DNA of 64,000 nt, from positions 1,910-65,909 of the forward strand of contig DASQIB010000027.1 in NCBI GenBank assembly GCA_035631795.1, written 5' to 3'. The translations under genes were made by a program, and so were the position numbers. Below, one piece after another: positions 28,225-37,724 of the stretch (its first letter is position 1; each line of letters opens with the position of its first letter). A model generated the notes under the pieces. The model was not told the origin of the DNA. It saw only the letters and a list, made by a program, of their open reading frames with translations, and ran no database searches. The DNA comes from Gemmatimonadales bacterium (GTDB taxonomy: Bacteria > Gemmatimonadota > Gemmatimonadetes > Gemmatimonadales > GWC2-71-9).

Positions 28225-29238
28225 TTAGCTTCGCGCGCTAGGGAGCGGGGAGCGGGGAGCGGTACGCTCCTTCCACCGGGCGACGATTTGGTCGGCGACG
28301 ACACCCGGCTCCGCGCTCGCATCCAGAGTCCACACCTCGACGGAACCGCTCCCCGCTCCCTGCTCCCGGCTGAGTTGGTGTCGAAACCACGTCTCTTGTC
28401 GTTTCGCATAGCGTCGCGTGGCGATGAAGATCGCCTCCCGCAACCCGTGCTCCGGCAGCCGTCCGTCGAGCATAGCGACCACCTCCCGATAGCCCACCCC
28501 ATCGAGTCCCGGCCCGGACGGGGGCGCGCCCGCCGCCAGAAGCCCGCGCACCTCGTCCACGAGGCCCGCCGCGAGCATCGCGTCCACCCGCGCGGCGATG
28601 CGCCGTTGCAACGCGGCACGCGGCAAGGTGAGATGAATGTACCATGGCCGCATGACACCGCTCGCGCGTGCGTGCGCCTGCCACCACGTGAGCCCGCGGC
28701 CTGTGAGGAGCGCCACCTCTACCGCCCGCGCAGCCCGTTGTCTCCCGCCGCCGGCGTAGCGCCGGTCCAGCCGCGCCGCCCAATGCGCGAGCTGCGGCGC
28801 CGCCACCGCATCGGTCCACGCACGCAGGCGCGCGCGCCGAGCGGCATCGAGTGGCGGCTGGTGGAACAACCCGTCGGTGAGCGCCCGGATGTACAAGCCG
28901 GTTCCACCGACCACGACAGGCTGCCGCCCAGCGACACGAATCTCGTCCAGCCACCCGGCCGCCTCCCGCGCGAAGCGGCCGGCGCTGTACGGTTCGCCGG
29001 GCGAGATCTGATCCACGCCCATCGTCGGCACGCGGGCGCGAAGTTCCCGGTCCGGCTTCGCCGTTCCGATGTCGAGCCCCCGGTACACCTGCCGGGCGTC
29101 GGCGGAGATGATGGTCACCGACTCGCGCGCCGCCCACGCCGCCGCCACGGCCGTCTTCCCGACAGCGGTAGGACCGACGAGCACCGGCACGAGTCGAGTG
29201 CGAGCGTCAGGCTCTCCCAAAGCGTCGCTCCAGCTCAT
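28225..29238 (-). CDS. miaA: tRNA dimethylallyltransferase
   Basis: Trimmed to the ATG at 29238, giving 337 aa. P-loop GPTAVGKT, ISADARQVYRGLDIGTAKP, and RRYAKRQETWFR. The start lies 32 nt inside the mutL 3' end. Confidence 0.9.
   Translation of the reverse strand: MSWSDALGEPDARTRLVPVLVGPTAVGKTAVAAAWAARESVTIISADARQVYRGLDIGTAKPDRELRARVPTMGVDQISPGEPYSAGRFAREAAGWLDEIRVAGRQPVVVGGTGLYIRALTDGLFHQPPLDAARRARLRAWTDAVAAPQLAHWAARLDRRYAGGGRQRAARAVEVALLTGRGLTWWQAHARASGVMRPWYIHLTLPRAALQRRIAARVDAMLAAGLVDEVRGLLAAGAPPSGPGLDGVGYREVVAMLDGRLPEHGLREAIFIATRRYAKRQETWFRHQLSREQGAGSGSVEVWTLDASAEPGVVADQIVARWKERTAPRSPLPSARS
28241..28263 (+). repeat. GGGGAGC heptamer array (arm 1) inside miaA 3' end
   Basis: gggagcggggagcggggagcggt. 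Inverted partner at 28345-28367. Confidence 0.8.
28345..28367 (-). repeat. GGGGAGC heptamer array (arm 2, inverted)
   Basis: accgctccccgctccctgctccc is the reverse complement of arm 1 with one mismatch. Confidence 0.8.
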
Positions 29239-30886
29239 CCTTGGGAAGGTGCACGATGGTGGGCCGCCCATGCACGTCGTGGGCGGGCAGCGTGGCGGCG
29301 AACAACCGCATGACGAGCTCGCGCAGTTCGTCCGGCTCGAGACGCTGGCCCGCCTTGACCGCCGCGCGGCAGGCATACGTCGCCGCGAAGCGCTCGAGGC
29401 GGTTGGCCCAGCCGCCGAACCGGCCGCCCGCCAGATCCGACACGAGCTCCCCAAAGCAACGCCCGGCGTCGAATCGTGGATGCGGATTCGGGGCGGTATG
29501 CACGACCACCGCGCGGCCCGAAAACGGCTCCACCTCGTACCCCACCCGACGCAGGAGCTCGCGGTTGGCGTCCACGGCGTCGAGCTCCGGAGGCGTGAGC
29601 TCGAGCGTCAATGGCAGGAGCAGGCGCTGCGCTGGAGCGCCGTCCCCCGTGAGCTGCCGCATCGCGCGCTCGTACAACACGCGCTCGTGCGCGGAGTGCT
29701 GGTCGATGATGGCGACTCCAGTCTCGGTCTGACAAAGGATATAGGTGTCGAAGACCTGGAGCAGGAGTGCCCGGTGTTCGGTGTGCGGCGTCGGCGGCTC
29801 GAGGGGAAAAATCTCGAGCGGAGAACCGAACCCCCCGACACCGGACACCGGAACCCCGACACCCGCCGGCCCGCCGGGACTCAACCCGGCTGCGGAAGTG
29901 AGCGACCCCAACGCCCGCCTCGCGGCCTCTTCTACCACCTTCTCGACGAAGAACCTGTCGCGGAAGCGCACCTCGAGCTTGGACGGGTGGACGTTCACAT
30001 CGACGGCATCTCCGGGAAGCTCCAGGAAGAGAATCAGCGACGGCCGGTCGCCGGGGGCGATCGTCGAGCGGTAGCCGGCTTCCGCCGCGCGCAGGATGAA
30101 CGGATCGCGAATCGGTCGTCCCCGGACGAATACGTACCCCTTGCGCCCCGCCGGCTTCGCCTGGGCCGGGCGTTGGGCGAACCCCCGCACCTCGAGCGGC
30201 CCCTCGCGGTGCAGGATCGGGACGAGGGTGTCCGCAAGCTCGCGACCCCAGAGCGCCTGTACGCGGTCGATCGGACGGGCGGTCGGGCGAACGTCGATCA
30301 GCGAACGGTCGTCGCTCGTGAGGGTGAACCCGACGTCCGGACGCGTGAGGGCGAGCACGGTGAGTACTTCCACTACCGCGCGAGTCTCGGTCGCCTGAGC
30401 GCGCAGAAACTTGCGTCGCGCGGGGGTGTTGAAGAACAGCCCGCGCACGGTGACCGTCGTGCCCCGCTGGCGGACGACGTCCTCGGCCTCGGCCCGTTTC
30501 CCGCCCGCCGACCGCACGCGCGTGCCGGTGTGACCGTCGGGAGACGTCTCGAGCTCGAACCGGGACACAGAGGCGATGGCGGGCAACGCCTCGCCGCGAA
30601 ACCCGAAAGTCCCCACCCCGATCAAGTCGGCGGCATCGCGAATCTTGCTCGTCGCGTGCCGGGACAGTGCCAGCTCCGCGTCCGGCCGGGTCATCCCCGA
30701 TCCATCGTCGCTCACGCGAATGAGGGCCTTCCCCCCGTCCTCGATCTCGACACGGATCGCCCGGGCCCCCGCGTCCAACGCGTTCTCGACGAGCTCCTTC
30801 ACGACCGACGCGGGTCGCTCCACCACTTCGCCGGCGGCGATCTGATCCGCCACCTGGGGCGCCAGGACGGCGACGGTCGCGGTCAC
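29207..30886 (-). CDS. mutL: DNA mismatch repair protein MutL
   Basis: Trimmed to the GTG at 30886 (GTGA overlap), giving 559 aa. IAAGEVVERPASVVKELVENALDAGA (GHKL ATPase). Confidence 0.9.
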   Translation of the reverse strand: MTATVAVLAPQVADQIAAGEVVERPASVVKELVENALDAGARAIRVEIEDGGKALIRVSDDGSGMTRPDAELALSRHATSKIRDAADLIGVGTFGFRGEALPAIASVSRFELETSPDGHTGTRVRSAGGKRAEAEDVVRQRGTTVTVRGLFFNTPARRKFLRAQATETRAVVEVLTVLALTRPDVGFTLTSDDRSLIDVRPTARPIDRVQALWGRELADTLVPILHREGPLEVRGFAQRPAQAKPAGRKGYVFVRGRPIRDPFILRAAEAGYRSTIAPGDRPSLILFLELPGDAVDVNVHPSKLEVRFRDRFFVEKVVEEAARRALGSLTSAAGLSPGGPAGVGVPVSGVGGFGSPLEIFPLEPPTPHTEHRALLLQVFDTYILCQTETGVAIIDQHSAHERVLYERAMRQLTGDGAPAQRLLLPLTLELTPPELDAVDANRELLRRVGYEVEPFSGRAVVVHTAPNPHPRFDAGRCFGELVSDLAGGRFGGWANRLERFAATYACRAAVKAGQRLEPDELRELVMRLFAATLPAHDVHGRPTIVHLPKDELERRFGRA

Positions 30887-33255
30887 AGCCGCGAGACTTC
30901 GCTGCTCAACACCCACCCGCGAATTCCATCGACGCGGTGCACCTCGAGCCAGGAACCATAACTGCGATCGATCAGGAGGGCCGCGCCCGCTTCCACCGTC
31001 GACGCGGCGCTCGCGTTGCCGTACGGCGCGGCCCGCACGGGCGTCGCCGGGTTCAAGACGATGGCGAGCGGGCGGGCGCGGCGGAGCCCTTCCTGGATCG
31101 CGAACGCGACCGCGACGGCGGTCAGCATCGCCAAGCCCAAGACCACCGTGCGCCGGCGTCGCGCGGCGAGGGCGAGCCACGCGGCCGTCCAGAACAACAC
31201 CGCGACCAGCGCCCACTCACCCGGCGTGGCGAGTCCCGGCGCGAGCAGCGCCTCGCTCGGCGCGTCGGGCGAGGCGAGGAGATCCCGCGTGCGTCGGATC
31301 ATGGGGTCGCGAGGGGCGAGCTGGAGCGCGCGTGTCCACGCGGCGGTGGCCTTGCCGTCTGCCCCGGCACGATACAGCGTCGCGCCCAGGTTGTACCAAT
31401 GCGCCGCCACGCCGGGCTGCGCCGCCGCCCGCGCCGCGAACGAGTCGGCCGCCGCGCGCAACGCGCCGGCTTCATACAGGGCCTCCGCACTCGGCGCCTG
31501 ACCAGCCACAGTGCGGGCTCCCCCCTCTGCCGCGATCGCCAGACCTACGAGCACCCGGAGGGTCACGATGCTTCCCATCCGGCCCCGCACCCGACCCGGC
31601 TCCGCGCCCAGCACGTGCAGCACTTGCTCGAGCTCCGCGGCGAGCTCCGCGGCATCGCCTTGGCCCCGAGGACCGTAGCGCGACGCCCGCAGGCGATCGC
31701 GCAGCCGCATCACATGTCCGGCGACCGCGCTCTCGAGTCCCGTCGCGCGCAACGCCCGAGCGAGCCCATCGCCGTCTCGCGCCCGGCCATCCGGCACCTG
31801 ACTCTCCAGGACGTGGTGGAACTGCCGCTCCAATAGCCCGAGGCGCGTGAGCTTGACGGGCGCCGGTGCCTCCTCGGCCGGCCCCTCGCGCTCCTCGCGG
31901 CGCCTCCAGAGCCACGCCAGGACCGGAGGACCGACCAGCAACGCCAGCCATCCCCAAGGCACGAGGGCGTCGACCAGTGCCTCGGTCCACGTCGGCGCGT
32001 CGTCCGTCGCGAGCGGTGGCAGGGCGCGCGCGGCTCGCGGCTCGACCCCCGGCGCCACCGCCAGCGTGCGCGGCGGGACGGTGGCCACGCGGTAATCGCC
32101 CGCCATCAGGTCGTAATAGGGATAGCGCACCTCAGGCAGCACGAACGATCCGGCGGAGTCCGGCATCACCAGGTAATGAAAGGTCTTGGTGCCGGCGATT
32201 CTCCCGTCCCGCGGCTCGAGCCGCATACCCGTTTCGCCGGCGTATGCCCGGAAGCCGGGCGGCCAGCGGAGCACCGGCTCCGGCCACAGCGCGACATTGC
32301 CCACGCCCGAAACGCTCGCCGTCATCGCGATCGGCTCGCCGACGCGCCCGCTCGCGGGTTCCATCGCCAGATCCAGCTCGAGGCCCTGCGCCGCCACGCG
32401 CTGGTCGTCGGAGCGCCCGGCGCGCGAGGGCAGCGGCAGTACCACCACCGGCACCGTGTCGCTCCGCAGTGAGAATCGGTCTTCGCGACTGAAGAATGAG
32501 AACGTGGCCGGCACGGCGTACTCGACCAGCGCCGGCGGAATCACGATCCGACCAGCCGCGAGGGGAAACACGGCCTGGTGCGCCACGAACACGTCCATCC
32601 AGTGTCCACGCACCAGCCGCGACAGGGCGACTTCACTCGGTGCCGCCCCGGGATACGACCACACGCCCTCCGGCGTCTGGAGTGTGAGAATTGGCGCCTG
32701 ACGCAGGCGCGCACGCAGCTCGCGCGGGAACCACGCCGCGGCGATCACGTCCAGCTGTTGCCCCACCAGCACGGAGTCGCCGGGCAGGATCAGGCTCAGG
32801 GCCACCCGGTCGTTGCGCGCGGGCTCCCGGGCGGCCTCGACCAACCGGCGCGCGCTGGGCGAGAACGCCGCCGCGAGCACCGCGTCCGCGCTGTCGACCG
32901 TCACCGTGACCGGACTCGTCGCCACCTCGCGGCTCCCCTGGTGCACGCGCACCGGCCCGATCACGAGTGTGCCCGGGCGTGCCGCCCGCAGCTGGAGCTC
33001 ACGCGTCGTCGTGCGCACCGGGCCGCCCACGCCCTCGATCGTGACCTCGCTGACCTCCCGCGAGCCAACGATGGTGAACCCCGTGAGTCCCGGCAGCACG
33101 ACGCCGATCGGCTCCGAAGATCGGGTGCGCGCGCGGATCGTCAGGGTCAGATCCTCTCCGGCCGCCACATGCGTCCGGTCGACGCGCGCCGTCACGTCGG
33201 GCGGGGAGGGGGGCACGCCCTGCAGCGCCACGACCAGCCACAGGGTGAGCGTCAC
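30883..33255 (-). CDS. BatD-like protein fused to BatE-like TPR + SH3 region
   Basis: Trimmed to the GTG at 33255 (GTGA overlap), giving 790 aa. Signal peptide, BatD-type body, TM segment (WGWLALLVGPPVLAWLW), TPR (HWYNLGATLYRAGADGKA) and a C-terminal SH3-like segment (GSWLEVHRVDGIRGWVLSSEV). Confidence 0.7.
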   Translation of the reverse strand: MTLTLWLVVALQGVPPSPPDVTARVDRTHVAAGEDLTLTIRARTRSSEPIGVVLPGLTGFTIVGSREVSEVTIEGVGGPVRTTTRELQLRAARPGTLVIGPVRVHQGSREVATSPVTVTVDSADAVLAAAFSPSARRLVEAAREPARNDRVALSLILPGDSVLVGQQLDVIAAAWFPRELRARLRQAPILTLQTPEGVWSYPGAAPSEVALSRLVRGHWMDVFVAHQAVFPLAAGRIVIPPALVEYAVPATFSFFSREDRFSLRSDTVPVVVLPLPSRAGRSDDQRVAAQGLELDLAMEPASGRVGEPIAMTASVSGVGNVALWPEPVLRWPPGFRAYAGETGMRLEPRDGRIAGTKTFHYLVMPDSAGSFVLPEVRYPYYDLMAGDYRVATVPPRTLAVAPGVEPRAARALPPLATDDAPTWTEALVDALVPWGWLALLVGPPVLAWLWRRREEREGPAEEAPAPVKLTRLGLLERQFHHVLESQVPDGRARDGDGLARALRATGLESAVAGHVMRLRDRLRASRYGPRGQGDAAELAAELEQVLHVLGAEPGRVRGRMGSIVTLRVLVGLAIAAEGGARTVAGQAPSAEALYEAGALRAAADSFAARAAAQPGVAAHWYNLGATLYRAGADGKATAAWTRALQLAPRDPMIRRTRDLLASPDAPSEALLAPGLATPGEWALVAVLFWTAAWLALAARRRRTVVLGLAMLTAVAVAFAIQEGLRRARPLAIVLNPATPVRAAPYGNASAASTVEAGAALLIDRSYGSWLEVHRVDGIRGWVLSSEVSRL

Positions 33256-34919
33256 CAATCTTTCACTCCGGGCTCCACCGCGTGGCGCGTCTGCCCGGTG
33301 CGGTCGCGGCGGGTTTTCAGCTCCTGCTGACCGATGGAGCGCAGGACCTGCTCGGCCTGCGCCTCGCTCAACGCCGCCGGCGCGCCGCCCCCCCCGCGGC
33401 TCGCGCCGCCACCGCTCGAGCCCGACGGCCTGCTCCCGCCTCCGCCCGACGGGCGGTTCGACTGCCTGCTGCTGCCCCCACCGCGCCGCCGGACGGCGAG
33501 CTCGAGGTTCCATTTCGCCGCGGCGTCGGTCGGTCGCAGCAGCAGCGCTTCCCGATACGCCCGCTCGGCATCGCCGAGGTGGCCGTCGCGCCCCGCGCTG
33601 TCGGCGCTCGCCTGCCGCAGTGCCAGAAGGCCAAGGTTGTAGAGCGCGCGGAAGCGTAGATCGGGGTCGAGCGACGCTGCGGCATGTGCCAGGGCGGCCT
33701 GCGCCGTCTCAGCGTCGGAGTCCGCCATGGCGGCCGTGCCGGCGTTATACCAGGCCGCGTCATCCTTGCGATGCGTTGTGAGCTCGGCCGCGTACGCTGC
33801 GTGTGCGCGCCTCACATCGTGCCGGTCCCACGCCTTTTCGGCGGGGCTCCGCGGATGCTGTGGCAGAGGGAGGGGTTGCTGCGCCACGCCAGACGAGGGC
33901 ACCAGGCACGCCAGAACGAGGCCGAGCAGCGCGGCGGTGCGGCGCGACGCGGCCTGCGCCACGAGCACCATCACGGCGAGCATGAGGGGCAGCCAGGCCC
34001 GGGGCCGGCCCCGCTCCGCTCGTGTCTCGCTCGCTCGCGCTCGCCGGTACGACGCGACGAGATCGCGCACCGCGCCGGCCTGGTCCGGGAGATCCGCGGC
34101 GACGAGCGATCCCTGGGCCGCGTCCGCCACGGCGCCGAGGATGTCGTCGCGCCGGGCGGTCTCGATCACGGTGCCGTCGGCGTCCTTCTGATATCCGAGC
34201 AACGCACCGCGGTCATCCCGCACAGGGATGCGCGTCGGTGCGCGGCCGCCCTCGGCGACGAGGATCAGACGAACCCCGCTCGCCTGCAGGCGTTGCGCCG
34301 CGGCCACAATACCCGGCACGGTATCGTGCGCCTCGCCGTCCGTGAACACCACCAGCACCCGATCGGCCAGCTCCGAGCTGGCGCGGAGCAGCTCGCCGCC
34401 CTGGCGCAGCGCCCCGGCCATACCGGTGCCGCCCTCCGAGGCGACGTCAGGATCCAAAGCGTCGAGGTAAAGCGAGAGGGCCGAGCCGTCGATCGAGAGC
34501 GGGGACAGGATATAGCTCGAGCCGGCGAACGCGATGAGGCCGAGCCGATCGCCATCCAGGTCCTGCACGAGCCGCCGCGCTTCGCGCAACGCGCGCCGCA
34601 GCCGGCTGGGACTCGCATCCTCCGCGAGCATGGAGCGCGAGATATCGATGGCCATCACGAGGGAGAGCCCGCGAGTCTCCGCTACGATCTGCTCTTCGCC
34701 CCAGCGCGGCCCGGCGAGCGCCACGACGCCGAGAAACGCCGCGACAGACAGCGCGGTCGGCCCGAGCCGACCGGCGCCCAGCGCGCGTCGCACCGTTTCC
34801 TCCGACCAGAGGGCGGCCCGCCGGATACGCACACGACACGCCCAGGCGGCGGCGAACCACACCGCCCCGCCGATCAGGGGCGCGAGCGCGAGTACGACGG
34901 GGGCGTCGAAACTCATCAC
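33252..34919 (-). CDS. BatB-like VWA protein fused to BatC-like TPR region
   Basis: 555 aa. N-terminal TM segments, VWA MIDAS motif (VMAIDISRSM), then TPR (AWYNAGTAAMADSD..., ALYNLGLLALRQ). Confidence 0.75.
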   Translation of the reverse strand: MMSFDAPVVLALAPLIGGAVWFAAAWACRVRIRRAALWSEETVRRALGAGRLGPTALSVAAFLGVVALAGPRWGEEQIVAETRGLSLVMAIDISRSMLAEDASPSRLRRALREARRLVQDLDGDRLGLIAFAGSSYILSPLSIDGSALSLYLDALDPDVASEGGTGMAGALRQGGELLRASSELADRVLVVFTDGEAHDTVPGIVAAAQRLQASGVRLILVAEGGRAPTRIPVRDDRGALLGYQKDADGTVIETARRDDILGAVADAAQGSLVAADLPDQAGAVRDLVASYRRARASETRAERGRPRAWLPLMLAVMVLVAQAASRRTAALLGLVLACLVPSSGVAQQPLPLPQHPRSPAEKAWDRHDVRRAHAAYAAELTTHRKDDAAWYNAGTAAMADSDAETAQAALAHAAASLDPDLRFRALYNLGLLALRQASADSAGRDGHLGDAERAYREALLLRPTDAAAKWNLELAVRRRGGGSSRQSNRPSGGGGSRPSGSSGGGASRGGGGAPAALSEAQAEQVLRSIGQQELKTRRDRTGQTRHAVEPGVKDW

Positions 34920-35896
34920 GGCACTCGCACGGCGAAGGTGCCCGCCAGCACGATTTCGAGCGCCAACGCTACCAGTCCCACCGCCAGCGGCACGCGATAC
35001 GCTTCGTCGAAGCGGCGGTAGACCACCTGTTCCACGCTCGATTTTTCGAGTCGGTTGATCTCCTGAAAGATGTGCCGGAGCGACTCGGAATCCGTCGCCC
35101 GGAAGTACCGACCTCCGGTCATGGAGGCGATCTCGGTCATCAGGGGCTCGTCGATCTCGACGAGCATCATTTCGTAGCGCAGGCCATCGGCACCCTGCCC
35201 CGTGGGCACCGGTGCCTCTCCCCGCTTTCCGACGCCGATGACGTAGATCTTGATCCCGAACGCCGCGGCAGCCTGGGCCGCCGTGCGCGGATCGACCGTG
35301 CCGCGATTGTTCACGCCGTCGGTCAGGAGCACGATCACCTTGCTCTTCCCCGGCGCGCGCCGGAGGCGGCTGGCGGCGGTGCCGATCCCCGTGCCGATGG
35401 CCGTGCCATCCTCGAGCATGCCGATCTTCAGATCCCGGATCGCTTGCTCGAGCACTTGGTAATCGGTGGTGAGCGGGACCTGCGTGAGCGCCTGCGCGGC
35501 GAAGGCGACGAGCCCGATTCGGTCGGACTTGCGGGCCCGCACGAACTCGATCGCGGTTTGCTTGGCCACGTCGATGCGGTTCGCCGGCGCGAAGTCTTCC
35601 GCCAGCATGCTGCTCGACATGTCGATGGCCAGCACGATGGAGATGCCTTCACTGCGGCTCTCACTCTTCGCGGCCCCGACCCGCGGGCCGGCCGCGGCGA
35701 TGATCCAAGCGGCGAGGCACGCGCTCCGCAGGGTCACCGGCAGCCGAGCCACCCAGAGCCGCTCGGTGGCGCCGGCGGCCGGTCGCACATCGCTCATGCG
35801 GGTGCCCGCAAGCCGCCCGAGCCGCTTGGCGCGCAGCCACCACCACAGCGGCAGGAAGCCGAGCGCTAAGAGCAGCAACGGACGGGCGAAGCTCAC
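34916..35896 (-). CDS. BatA-like VWA domain membrane protein
   Basis: 326 aa with N-terminal TM segments and a VWA domain (VLAIDMSSSMLAEDF). GTGA overlap upstream. Confidence 0.8.
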   Translation of the reverse strand: MSFARPLLLLALGFLPLWWWLRAKRLGRLAGTRMSDVRPAAGATERLWVARLPVTLRSACLAAWIIAAAGPRVGAAKSESRSEGISIVLAIDMSSSMLAEDFAPANRIDVAKQTAIEFVRARKSDRIGLVAFAAQALTQVPLTTDYQVLEQAIRDLKIGMLEDGTAIGTGIGTAASRLRRAPGKSKVIVLLTDGVNNRGTVDPRTAAQAAAAFGIKIYVIGVGKRGEAPVPTGQGADGLRYEMMLVEIDEPLMTEIASMTGGRYFRATDSESLRHIFQEINRLEKSSVEQVVYRRFDEAYRVPLAVGLVALALEIVLAGTFAVRVP

Positions 35897-36786
35897 GCCG
35901 CCACGTCCTTGGCCAGGCGGCGCGCCATCAGCAGGAGCGCCGAGATGTCCGTCCCGTGCGCCGACGCGAACGCCACGCGGTCGAGCTGCTCCAGCAGGTC
36001 CCGCAGCTCACGCACCGGCGCCTGCGGGCGCGCCCGCTCCACGACGGCGAGACACTCGGCCGTGTCGAGCGCCGGATGGGCCTCGGGAACCGCTCTGGCC
36101 AGAGCGGTTCGAAGGCGCCACGTCGCCCGGGCCACCACGGCCTTGGGCTCTCCGGCGGCCAGCCACCGCGCGTCCGGCACCTCACGTTCCACTGGAACCT
36201 GAGGTCGGGCCGCAAGCTTCCTGGGCGGGCGCCGCCGCAGGGCGACGCCCGCGACCAAGAGCGCCGCCGCGATCCCAGCCGCGACGAGCGGGGGGAGGGC
36301 GTTACGATGGACCGCACGCAGGGGCGCGAGCGCACCTTGAGGAGTCGGGTCCTTGAGGCTGTCGGGGATGACGCTCGCAACGCTGAAGCTCGCTACACCC
36401 CCGGCTGTCGAGTCGGCCCCACCCTCAGGGCCAAGACGCCAGATAGGCGGAAGAGTCAGTCGGTGGGCGCCCGGCTTCCAGACGGCCAACGCATAGCGCA
36501 CCACCCACGCCCCCGCAACGCGTCGCACCGAGGGCTCCGTGAGCGGCTCGACATCCTCCGTAGGCTCGAGCTTGCCGGCCCGGACCTGCCACCCGGCGGG
36601 AACCGTGAGCGCGCGCACCAGCCAGATGGTGTCGCCGACGGTGGGGTTGGCGGGGAACGCTTCCCAGGTCCCACCCTGTCCTGCCGCGCGGCGGCAGGGC
36701 GGCAGGGCGGCAAGAACGGCGAGTCCGGCGGCGACGAGGGCGCGATGGGCGACGTGCCATCGAGCCGTCGTGCAACGCGTGGTCAT
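35893..36786 (-). CDS. hypothetical single-TM protein of the Bat/MoxR operon
   Basis: Track ORF (682 aa) trimmed to the ATG at 36786 (ATGA overlap with the DUF58 gene stop), giving 297 aa. TM segment LPPLVAAGIAAALLVAGVAL. Confidence 0.55.
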   Translation of the reverse strand: MTTRCTTARWHVAHRALVAAGLAVLAALPPCRRAAGQGGTWEAFPANPTVGDTIWLVRALTVPAGWQVRAGKLEPTEDVEPLTEPSVRRVAGAWVVRYALAVWKPGAHRLTLPPIWRLGPEGGADSTAGGVASFSVASVIPDSLKDPTPQGALAPLRAVHRNALPPLVAAGIAAALLVAGVALRRRPPRKLAARPQVPVEREVPDARWLAAGEPKAVVARATWRLRTALARAVPEAHPALDTAECLAVVERARPQAPVRELRDLLEQLDRVAFASAHGTDISALLLMARRLAKDVAA

Positions 36787-37724
36787 CGTTTCAGTCGGCG
36801 GGCGCGCTCGGCGAAGGCTCGCCGCAACGGGACCGCGTATGGCACACTGGTCTGAAGCGCCACGCGATCCACGCCCGCCTGCACCAGCTTTCGCGACCGC
36901 TCCTGGAGCAAACGTTCGGCCGCCACGCTGACGCGCGTCCGGGTCGGTGCATGGCTGGTATCGAGGAGCACACGCTGCCCCGTTTCCGAATCCTCCATGT
37001 CGACCCACCCCGCGTCGGGCAGCAGGCGCTCCCGCGGGTCGTCGATCGTGATGGCCACCACGTCGTGATTCGCGGCCAGCTGGGCCAAGGGATCCTCCCA
37101 CCCGTCGGCCCGGAAGTCCGACAGGATGACGACGATCGCGCGGTGTCGCGGCAGCTTCGACGCGTAGCGCAAGGCCTCGCCGAGGTTCGTGCCGCGGCCG
37201 CGCGGCCGGAACGCCACCAGGTCGCGGATCACGCGCAAAGCGTGCGGCCGCCCTTTCGCGGGCCGCAGGACGACCTCCACGCGGTCCGCGAACATGAGCG
37301 CGCCCACACGGTCGTTGTGGCGCGCGGCGGCAAGGGCGAGCACGGCCGCGACTTCCACGGCGAGGCCCGCCTTGGTGTAGGGTCGCCCGAACTGGCAGGA
37401 GCCCGACTGGTCCACGACGAGCATCAGCGTATTCTCGCGCTCCTCGTGGTACGTCTTCACGAAGGGGTGCCCCATTCGGGCCGAGACGTTCCAGTCGATC
37501 GCCCGGAAGTCGTCTCCCTGCTGGTATTCCCGGACCTCCGCGAACTCGATGCCCTGTCCGCGGAACACGGATCGGTATTCGCCGGTGAAGAGGGAGTTGA
37601 CGAGGCCGCGCGTGCGGAGCTCGATCCCCTTGACCTGTCGCAACACCTCGGGGGTGACCGCGAGGCGGCGCGCGCGCAGCGGAGATGTCTCGGCGCGCCG
37701 ACGCTCCCTCCCTGCGTACTTCAC
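36783..37724 (-). CDS. DUF58 domain protein
   Basis: 313 aa. GEYRSVFRGQGIEFAEVREYQQGDDFRAIDWNVSAR is the DUF58 signature. GTGA overlap with the moxR stop. Confidence 0.85.
   Translation of the reverse strand: MKYAGRERRRAETSPLRARRLAVTPEVLRQVKGIELRTRGLVNSLFTGEYRSVFRGQGIEFAEVREYQQGDDFRAIDWNVSARMGHPFVKTYHEERENTLMLVVDQSGSCQFGRPYTKAGLAVEVAAVLALAAARHNDRVGALMFADRVEVVLRPAKGRPHALRVIRDLVAFRPRGRGTNLGEALRYASKLPRHRAIVVILSDFRADGWEDPLAQLAANHDVVAITIDDPRERLLPDAGWVDMEDSETGQRVLLDTSHAPTRTRVSVAAERLLQERSRKLVQAGVDRVALQTSVPYAVPLRRAFAERARRLKR

Noticed and set aside
29069-30961. 630-aa plus-strand ORF antisense to mutL
   Set aside because: It is a shadow ORF opposite an unambiguous MutL.
33380-33490. Low-complexity GC-rich stretches here and at about 39720-39860
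   Set aside because: They encode Gly/Ser-rich and Pro-rich linkers of the BatB/C-like and HEAT-repeat proteins. No nucleotide-level periodic unit was evident.
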